64,000 bases of DNA from a virus (lineage: Duplodnaviria; Caudoviricetes). The translations under genes were made by a program, and so were the position numbers. The notes below the pieces were generated by a model. That model saw only the letters and a list, made by a program, of their open reading frames with translations, had not been told where the DNA came from and searched no databases. Positions 29,255 through 37,622 of this stretch are shown here, in pieces. The first letter of the stretch is position 1. Each line of letters opens with the position of its first letter. The stretch is taken from IMG/VR virus record IMGVR_UViG_3300028797_000101, positions 64,001 to 128,000 of that record; one strand, given 5' to 3'.

Positions 29255-29330
29255 TCCTCAATAGCTCAATCGGTTAGTTAGCGCTCGCTTGTTAACCGAG
29301 TTGTTGCAGGTTCGAGTCCTACCTGGGGAG
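29255..29330 (+). tRNA. tRNA-Asn(GTT), degenerate or pseudo
   Basis: cloverleaf recognisable, with mismatches in the acceptor (A-C), anticodon (C-C), T (C-A) and D stems. Confidence 0.6.
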
Positions 29331-29332
29331 TT

Positions 29333-29640
29333 CCTGTCAAATCAGGCGTGTAGAAAGATCGCGTAAGTATCTTTCGGTTGATATCTTCTTCTAATGAAGA
29401 AGCGAAGCTTTTACTGCTGAGGGTAAATCAGCGGCGCAAAACGGGTGAAGCGTCATTCACCCGTCGTTTACTTAGTAGTGGGAAAAGGGAAATCGTTCAA
29501 ATCGTGGAGGATATCTATTGTATATCTGTTGAAACGGTGATGATAAGACTAGATTGGTTGAGAATCTAGATGATGGTGCAGCCCTCGGTCAAGGTGAAGC
29601 AGTTCATTCCAGAAACTGATAGTCTTGTGGTTAAACTACT
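29333..29640 (+). ncRNA. unidentified multi-hairpin structured RNA
   Basis: at least 5 stems of 7-9 bp between two tRNA genes; no credible ORF. Confidence 0.45.
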
Positions 29641-29643
29641 AAT

Positions 29644-29727
29644 GCTATTGTGGTGGAATAGGCAGACACAAGGGACTTAAAATCCCTCGATGGAAACATC
29701 ATACGAGTTCAAGTCTCGTCAATAGCA
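29644..29727 (+). tRNA. tRNA-Leu(TAA)
   Basis: GCTATTG/CAATAGC; AGGGA-CTTAAAA-TCCCT; long variable arm GATG-GAAA-CATC. Confidence 0.92.
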
Positions 29728-29730
29728 TTT

Positions 29731-29880
29731 GTCTCGGTGGCGGAATAAGTAGACGCTAAAGTAGACGGTCGAAAGATGTTGTGAGGAAACAGTTCGAGTC
29801 TGTGAGTCTCCTGGTTCGACTCCTGGGGGCGCATGGTGCAATATCAACATCATGTAAGGTGCAAATCCTTACCCGAGATA
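29731..29880 (+). ncRNA. tRNA-like RNA with a 97-nt insert carrying extra T-loop hairpins
   Basis: acceptor GTCTCGG/CCGAGAT; Leu-type D arm GCG-GAATAAGTAGA-CGC; T arm GTAAGG-TGCAAAT-CCTTAC. Confidence 0.65.
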
Positions 29881-30005
29881 TACACCGCACGGATGGCCTT
29901 GGGTGCAACCGACGGGTGGAGACAGTTAATGCAACTTCGGTGCGGTATACAAATGAATATGGGCCTCAAGCAGAAAGTGGTACACCCTTCATGAGTATGC
30001 AATAT

Positions 30006-30078
30006 AGCCCTTTCGCCAAGCGGTGAAGGCACAGCACTTTGACTGCTGTATTCGATGGTTCAAATCCATCAAGGGCTG
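30006..30078 (+). tRNA. tRNA-Gln(TTG)
   Basis: AGCCCTT/AAGGGCT; GCCAAGCGGTGAAGGC D arm; CAGCA-CTTTGAC-TGCTG. Confidence 0.92.
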
Positions 30079-30116
30079 CGCATTATCTTTTCTTGTTTTC
30101 CATTTTTGTTGTTTGA

Positions 30117-30270
30117 TGGAGACGCCACGACAGCTGACTTCGTCTCCACGACACGTGTTCCCTAGCACATGTTCCATACAGGAGTCAGCAAGAAGAAATG
30201 ATACATCCTCTGTAGTGAGAAATCACCTTCGTCTACTGGTTAGGGGTGAAAGATGTCAGACCAGTATCCT
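30117..30270 (+). ncRNA. candidate pseudoknotted RNA
   Basis: TGGAGACG/CGTCTCCA stem; its loop GCTGACTT pairs with downstream GAGTCAGC. Confidence 0.4.
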
Positions 30271-30281
30271 AGCATATTTCC

Positions 30282-30310
30282 AGGTTAGATCTAATGATCT
30301 AACCTTTTTC
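30282..30310 (+). terminator. intrinsic terminator closing the RNA island
   Basis: AGGTTAGATC/GATCTAACCT then TTTT. Confidence 0.75.
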
Positions 30311-30790
30311 TGTGATTCGTTATAAAATATGCAGATAAAATTATGTGGCGTGCGAAATTGGAGGTGTACTAATAAATGGTAGAGGCGTATTTATTTCTGT
30401 GTTTTGCATCCTTTGGAGTCATCGTGCTCTTGTGTTTTCTCGAAATGCTGTGGTGCAAATTTGTATCAGACCGAGAGGAAGAAGATGAAACATGAGTTGA
30501 AATATCCAGAAAATGATGAAATGATGTTGAGACGTCTTGACGAAAAGATTGAAGAAATAAAGGAATGGTATGAGAAAATGCTTCCTTATTCTCCATCAAA
30601 AGAAGAATATGATTGTTTCAACCGTTCTTACTGTGACACAATTCATCCGTATCTTGCACAAAAAGCTAGAATCATTGAAAACAGTTGTCCTAAGATGATA
30701 ATAACCGCTGAAACAACAGAGGAGATGCAAGAAATACTGAAAAGATTGAAGTAACAGAGTGGAGCATACAAGAAATAGTGGGGTAGAAGA

Positions 30791-31033
30791 ATGAGCGATA
30801 CTGAATTGAAACCTTGTCCGTTTTGTGGAGGAGAAGCATATCTTAAATCTGTTTTGTCTGATATAGTAGTTGCATATACCATCCCAGTTAATGAATACAA
30901 GGTGGTATGCAAGAAATGCAGATGCAACAGCGGAGTATGGATGCAGAAATCAAAAGCTATCGAAACATGGAATAGGAGGACGCAGAATGAGTGTGATAGT
31001 GACGGGAATGGAAATGCCGAAGAATTGTGTTGA
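30791..31033 (+). CDS. Lar family restriction alleviation protein
   Basis: ELKPCPFCGG...C..C...AIETWNRR. Confidence 0.75.
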   Translation: MSDTELKPCPFCGGEAYLKSVLSDIVVAYTIPVNEYKVVCKKCRCNSGVWMQKSKAIETWNRRTQNECDSDGNGNAEELC

Positions 31034-31616
31034 ATGTAATGAAAATGGCATACGGAATCTACTTGACTGCGATCTTATATTAAGTGGCTGTGCGAATTGC
31101 GGTAGGCATCCGAAGTGTCCGTTAAAAAGTGTAGACGGATTGATTGAGAAGTTAAAACATTGTGCAGATCGGAAATTAGGTATTGCATTAGGTTGTAATA
31201 ACTTAAATGAGAGACAAAAGCACATTGAAGCAGTTAATACTTATCAGCATTGTATATCAATCATCAAAGAATACTGTGGAATGGAGGACGCAGAATGATT
31301 ACAACAGAAAAACTGATTAAAATTTTGTCACAGGAATTGGCGTATCATCAGATAATGGCTGATTGTTGGTTTTATTTAAGTAAAGACAGCAATATGTCAT
31401 CTAAGCACCTCGACGATGTTACGGAGTTGAAAAATGTTATTTCATTGCTTGATTTGCCAATTGACAAGGTATATGAAGAGGCAAAGAAAATTTATGATTT
31501 TACTGATAGCGGGAAAAAGGATTTTGTTCCAGACTTAGATAATCTTAGAAGGTTGAGAACGGAGTTTTGTGAAAAATTCCAAAAGGAACGTTTGATTTAA
31601 TGAGGAGGGAACAAAA

Positions 31617-31904
31617 ATGATCGATATTGAATTAAAACCTTGTCCGTTTTGTGGATACACAAAAAGCAGAGTAATGGAAAAGAAAATTAGAGGAAGTTAT
31701 AGGTCTAGTTATTTAAGCAATTTTGTCCAAGTTAGATATTATGTCATGTGCAATAAATGTCATGCAAAAGGTGGTAGTGTTGTATCAGCCTGTATGTCAC
31801 ATGACGAGGTTTCGATATACACACCGGTTAAATACTCAAAAGAGGTAACAGCTATGTATAAACAACAAGCAATCGAATCATGGAATAGGAGGATATCTGA
31901 ATGA
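31617..31904 (+). CDS. Lar family restriction alleviation protein (paralog)
   Basis: ELKPCPFCG...CNKC...AIESWNRR. Confidence 0.75.
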   Translation: MIDIELKPCPFCGYTKSRVMEKKIRGSYRSSYLSNFVQVRYYVMCNKCHAKGGSVVSACMSHDEVSIYTPVKYSKEVTAMYKQQAIESWNRRISE

Positions 31905-32428
31905 GTTTAGAAACAATGAATCGGGGAACGGAAGGAATGAAAGAGCAAGCTCAGAAACTTATTGAGCAGGCTTACAATCGTGGATTCAAAACAGGATATG
32001 ATAAAGCCTTTTCAACACTAAACGAAAATTGGCAATTAGTAACATCCGAAGCAGCGGAAAAAGGAAGAAACGAATCTTGGGAACTTGCATATAGACTTGT
32101 GTTCAATCAGGGCAATATACGAGATGTATTCGATACTGAATCACTGGGAAGGATTTTTGAAACATATTCAGCATCCGAAGCTATCGAGAGAATCAAAGCT
32201 CATGAGGAGAAGAAGCAGGAAGAGGACGAAGAACTCAAGGTTGGAGATGAGGTTGTAACCGTAGCAGGAGACAAAGGAGTTGTTACAGGAATTATCAACA
32301 ATGATGTATATCTTTTCATATCCGGATGGGAAACATCGCAAGTTAAACACAAACTCTGCTGTAAAAAGACAGGCCGCCACTTCCCAGAAATCGTGGAAGT
32401 GCTGAAGAGCTTAAAGGAGGAAAAGTGA
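31901..32428 (+). CDS. hypothetical protein, tandem paralog 1
   Basis: shares LIEQ.Y.RG...GY, ASEAIE.I, VGDEV and TG..FPEIVE with the next ORF. Confidence 0.75.
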   Translation: MSLETMNRGTEGMKEQAQKLIEQAYNRGFKTGYDKAFSTLNENWQLVTSEAAEKGRNESWELAYRLVFNQGNIRDVFDTESLGRIFETYSASEAIERIKAHEEKKQEEDEELKVGDEVVTVAGDKGVVTGIINNDVYLFISGWETSQVKHKLCCKKTGRHFPEIVEVLKSLKEEK

Positions 32429-32997
32429 TGGGTTTAGGAAGCATGGAACAGAGAACTGCAGGCATGAAGCGGCAAGCTAAAGAACTTATAGAGCAATCGT
32501 ACCTGCGTGGGTATAAAGCGGGATATTCTAAGGCAGAAACCGATTATCACGCTAACACAGAAGATGATCGGCAATCGTCTTATGAGTTAGGTTCAAATAT
32601 GGCTTGGGAAGCGGCGCGTAAACTGGTGTCAATGAATTACATTGAGTGTAACAAAGTCCTTAGCGACGGTGTTTTGACGGTTGAAACTGTAGATGATATT
32701 TTTATCAAATACACTGCATCCGAAGCAATTGAGAAAATCCAGGCTTATGCGGAGCAGAAGAAACAGAAAGAAGACGAAGAAATCTGCGTTGGTGATGAAG
32801 TCATATTGAATGCAAATTCATCTTATGACGCAAACACAAAAGCAATCGTTATTGTAAACGACAACAGTACAAGATATCCATACAATGTGCTAGGTCCTGA
32901 TGGTGAAACCGAATGGGTCGACCTAGATGCTATTGACGGTAAGACGGGCCACACATTTCCAGAAATCGTGGAAGCTTTAGAGAAGTTAAGGAGTTGA
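32425..32997 (+). CDS. hypothetical protein, tandem paralog 2
   Basis: same shared motifs as 31901-32428. Confidence 0.75.
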   Translation: MMGLGSMEQRTAGMKRQAKELIEQSYLRGYKAGYSKAETDYHANTEDDRQSSYELGSNMAWEAARKLVSMNYIECNKVLSDGVLTVETVDDIFIKYTASEAIEKIQAYAEQKKQKEDEEICVGDEVILNANSSYDANTKAIVIVNDNSTRYPYNVLGPDGETEWVDLDAIDGKTGHTFPEIVEALEKLRS

Positions 32998-34252
32998 AGG
33001 AGAACGGGTGAATGGAGAATAAATGTAAATATTGGGATGAAGAAAAAGACGGAGTTTCAGATGATAAGTTAAAGGATTTCGCACTTAATTTCCAAGCCAG
33101 AATAAACAATGAACTCCTGTGGGAAAATGAACAATTGAAGCTAAGAATCGAAGCATTGCAGCCGGATCATTACGGAGATTGTATCAGCCGTAAAACTGTG
33201 CTCAAAGTAATTGAAACAGTATGTTTCAGCGATGCTTGGAGGCAGTTTAGGGCAGATTATGGAAGTAACGGAGAGAGGGACTATATAATCAACTACATAA
33301 AACAGATGCCATCTACTCGGCCCGACCAGACGATTATTATGTGCAAGGACTGCGATGAATGGGACAGAGGCAAGAACTACAGTGGTTATGATGTGCGCAG
33401 CGATATGGGATATTGTTCCGTTATGCACACTGTTGTAGGCGAGAACTACTATTGTGGTGATGCAGTAAGAAAGTGAGGATAAGGAAGATGAAAGTAATAT
33501 TTGATCTAATTATTTTTGTCGGAGTTGCATCCGGAGTTTCCACATATTTTGGAATGAAACTTGTGGAGTGGTTGGAATAAGGAATCTTACTGGACAAGAA
33601 GGAAAATGATAGAAAGATGAGTGCATGGAGCAGGAGGGCAAGTGAATGAAGATTGACGAAGCAATCAAAAGGTTCATTGACAACGCAGAATATGAGCGTT
33701 CTCATGGAAATCTGCAAGGGTGTTTAGAGTTTAGACAACTTGCGGAATGGCTTGCAGAGCTTAAACATTTGAGAGAACAGACGGATCCTTGCGAGGACAC
33801 TATCAGCAGACGGGCTGCTGTATCCGTTGCGAATGATTTTGATGCAACCATGGTGGTAAGGGGATTGGAGAGGTTGCCCTCTGTTCATCCGGAACAGAAG
33901 ATCGGGAAATGGATAACCTTAAAAGATGAGTATGGGGATGTAGTAGAAGCTGTTTGCTCTAACTGCGGAAGGAATGGAAGTCCCAATTGGAAGTATTGCC
34001 CGGACTGCGGAAAACTGAAAGAGGTGAGTGATGGAAATCAAGGAAATAAAACCAACAGATAAGGACTATCCTATCATCATGGGCTTAGTTGACAAACCCG
34101 AACAATATACGTTGTTTCGTTTAGACGGATTGACAGTAGTTCCTTTGTATCAAGTCATTGATGCTCTTTTAACAATCAAGCCCGATGTGAATGTAAGAAA
34201 TGGCATAAAATATTGTGCTAATTGTGGCAAGAAGATGGAGGAAGATAGGTAA

Positions 34253-34564
34253 ATGACACATGAAGAAATGATAGAGCAACTTGAGAATACTATTTTGCTT
34301 ATTAAGCAAAACGGCAAAGATTGGTGGGATGAGAGAGACATTCCTGTTTTGGAGGAATCAATCAAAGCCATGCAGACGGAGCAGGAATGGATTCCGGTTA
34401 GTGAAAGGTTGCCGGAGAAATATGGAAAATACATTTGCACCATTGATGTCTATGACAGAGATAGAACTGTTGATTTTGTTACATATGACCCAAATTTGGG
34501 ATGGTATGTGCATAATGTGACAGCCTGGATGCCGCAGCTAGAGCCGTGGAAGGAGGAAGAGTAA
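34253..34564 (+). CDS. DUF551-like protein
   Basis: WIPVSERLPE...VTAWMP. Confidence 0.7.
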   Translation: MTHEEMIEQLENTILLIKQNGKDWWDERDIPVLEESIKAMQTEQEWIPVSERLPEKYGKYICTIDVYDRDRTVDFVTYDPNLGWYVHNVTAWMPQLEPWKEEE

Positions 34565-36928
34565 TGAGAGAAGAAATCACAGAAAGACAGCTAGAAGATG
34601 TACGTTGGGTTCCGGCAGAATCCATCGAGTATCATGTGACATTATTCGGAAGAATAATGGGAAGAATCATTACTTTTTTGATCCCTAAAAAAGCATTTGA
34701 TAAATTTTTGGACTATTTGTGGAAGTGGGACGAATAATGGCTTAAACAGGAGGGCGAGTGATGAATCATCCTATTGAAAACAGATACAGATATGGACTTT
34801 GCTATAACTTAAATGGGCAGATTGTTGGATTTAATCTTTCACCGGATGTTTGTATAGTGCTTACGGACGAGGAGATTGAAAGGGTGTTGGGGGCGTACGC
34901 AAAGCGAAAATATGAGCAGGATGGATTATTTGCATACAGATGGCGAGATTGCAAAAATATAAATAACCTTGCCGGAAAGACTAATGAACAAAATGAGGAG
35001 ATGGATGATGAATAATTCTTATTGGAATGAAGAAGATGATGAAAACATTATCTGTCCATACTGCGGGAAATCATATGAGCCATCTTATGAGGACACATAC
35101 ATTGGTGATGACATCGCTGATTGCTATACAGAAGATGAGCATGAATATGTTTGTGATAGATGCAAAAAGAAATTTACAATGTATGGGTATCAAGCAGGAT
35201 GGAAGTATCATACGGAAACTGTTGACGGGGAAATGACCGAAGAAGAATATGAAAATATGCCGGAGGTAGATTATTGAGCATGACAACAGAATTGATTGAG
35301 AGATTGCGTCAGCATGCAGACACATTTGAGAAAAGTGGATTTGCTGTTGATGGACTTATAAAGGATTACAGAGAGGCCGCAGACACGATTCAACTCTTGT
35401 CTGAAAAACTACACGCTTCGCAGACAGAACCCTGCGAGGATTGTATCAGCAGACATGTGGTGAAAGAGCAAATGATTAAGTATGGATTTCATGCTCCGGA
35501 TATGACGGTAACAGAATTTGTCGAAGATTTACCGCAGAAAGAAATCACGATAGAAGATGTAAAAGACTATTGTGAATCCAGAAACCTTGTTGTTATTTCA
35601 AAAGACTTATTTGTCAGAATGAACCGCACCGCTGATGAAATTTATACTTATTTGAAAGATAGAGAAAGAAGGTGAGTGTAGATGGTAAAAGAAGGCGATA
35701 TATGTATTCTTGATGAAAGTGTTGAATATTCCATATTAAGCGAAAAACCTTTTGAGGTATTAGTTCTATGGAATGGCGTTAATGGTCAACCACTAGTCAC
35801 AAGAACGAACGAGTACAGACCTTTTTGGACTACCTATTCACAGCTTGTGGAGGTTGCTGGCCATATTGATTTAGCAGAAGCCTTAAGCAGTCCAGCGATG
35901 GGAATGTTTGCAGATGCGATAGACTATCTTGAACGTGCTAATGGAAATTGCGATAGTGATTGTAGCTATTGCAAATACAACAATGATTGCTGGAGTTATA
36001 AATGCAGACAAATGGCAATCTGTTCCCTCGAAGCGTGGTATAAGGTTAGGACGGAGATGCAAGATATCATGATAGTAAGTCAGGACGAGGAGCGCATATA
36101 TCAGCAGATAAAGGCGATTATCGACAAGCACATGAATGAAAGCGAGGTAAAGAATGAAAATTAAAGAGTTTCGCTGTAAATGCGGACATGATAATTTTTT
36201 CTTTGCGGATAAAGGAAATCAGATAGGCATCTATTGCTCTTACTGCGGTAAATGGTTCAAGTGGGCAGACAAAGACGAGCAGAATCTGAGAATGAAACAA
36301 GTTTCTGTACTTGACAAGATAAGAGCTGAGATAGAACAAGCTTCATTTGAGGATGTCAATGGTTCGAGATACATATTCGTTAATAAAATCAATCAGATCA
36401 TTGACAAGCATATGGCAGAAAGCGAGAAATAACATGACAGATAAAGAAAAATTTATTCAACTCTTAACAGAACTTGGAGTTGAATTTGAAGTGACTGGAG
36501 GCACAATCTACATCAGTAAGGGGTATTGTGATGGTGCGGAAGAATTCGGAATATCTTTTTGGGATGGCGAAGACTACCCTGCAGGATCATTTCATGAATT
36601 TTGGGTAGTGCCGGAGAGATGATACATACAGGAAAGAAAGTGAGGGCGCATATGAAAGATCCAATATGTAACTGGGAATATACTGGCGAATACGACACTA
36701 ACAAACAAGGCCAGATTAAAATGGCCATGTATAAGACGGATTGCGGAAGGGAAGTCAAATGGACAAGAGATAACAAGATAGGGCAGTTATTTAAGGACTA
36801 TAAGAATCAAGTTGTATCACAATACATGGATTTTTATGTGAAATGTCCATACTGCGGTAAAGTCTTGAACCTCTATAATCCTTACGATGATGGGGAAACA
36901 TGGAGATACGGAATAGGAGGGTTGTAAT

Positions 36929-37339
36929 ATGTCAATCGTAATTGAAGAAATGGATATGCCGAAGTGTTGTAGCTCGTGCGAGTTCAACAACGGGTATCGC
37001 TGCACACGGACGGAAACCGTGATTGATAGAGATTATGAATATCAGGAGCGGTTGTCAGATTGCCCATTACATGAAGAATCAAAAGAATGGATTCCAGTTT
37101 GCTATCCACCAAAAGAAAAAGGCAAGTATCTTGTAACATTAAGTCTGGCAGGAGTAGCAAGCCAAATAGCTATACGAAGGTATGCTCCAAATTTGCAGGA
37201 AGTCGATCCGCATGATTTTTATGGAGAAAATAAAGCGGGATGGTATTCATATGATTCGGAATGTGGGTACAGTGAAACAACAGCGGTCGTAGCATGGATG
37301 CCCCTTCCTGAGACATACAAGGCAGAAAGTGAAGGATGA
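36929..37339 (+). CDS. DUF551-like mosaic protein
   Basis: MDMPKCC..C N-module plus WIPV...VVAWMPLPETYKAESEG. Confidence 0.65.
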   Translation: MSIVIEEMDMPKCCSSCEFNNGYRCTRTETVIDRDYEYQERLSDCPLHEESKEWIPVCYPPKEKGKYLVTLSLAGVASQIAIRRYAPNLQEVDPHDFYGENKAGWYSYDSECGYSETTAVVAWMPLPETYKAESEG

Positions 37340-37342
37340 AGC

Positions 37343-37622
37343 ATGAAAAATTTAAAATATCCTAAAGAATTCTATACTTATTCTGGACTCTTCGGTGGAG
37401 ATATGGATTGCGAATACACGAACGAATCTGAAAAGCTGGTCAAATGCAGAAAATCACATGAATGTGTAAATTGCCAAAAAATTGATAAACATAGGTGACT
37501 ATGCTGTAGAAGATAAAGCTTTATTCCGCGGAGAAGGATGGAAATCGTGTTACATTTGTGTTCAGTGTATTGAAGAATGGTTAGAAGAATCGGGACGGGC
37601 AGAAAGTGAGGATGAGGGATGA
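37343..37622 (+). pseudogene. frameshifted zinc-finger protein gene
   Basis: KCRKSHECVNCQK continues as LINIGDY...CYICVQCIEEWLEESGRAESEDEG* if one A is removed from the A6 run at 37476-37481. Confidence 0.6.

Noticed and set aside
28864-30310. tmRNA, RNase P RNA, group I intron or hammerhead ribozyme
   Set aside because: No tmRNA termini or tag ORF, no GAGGAAAGTCC, and no convincing catalytic core motifs found by eye
26650-30325. Track ORFs overlapping tRNAs and structured RNAs (26650, 27034, 27086, 29378, 29781, 29850, 29989, 30023)
   Set aside because: They overlap clear RNA genes and lack an RBS at the listed starts
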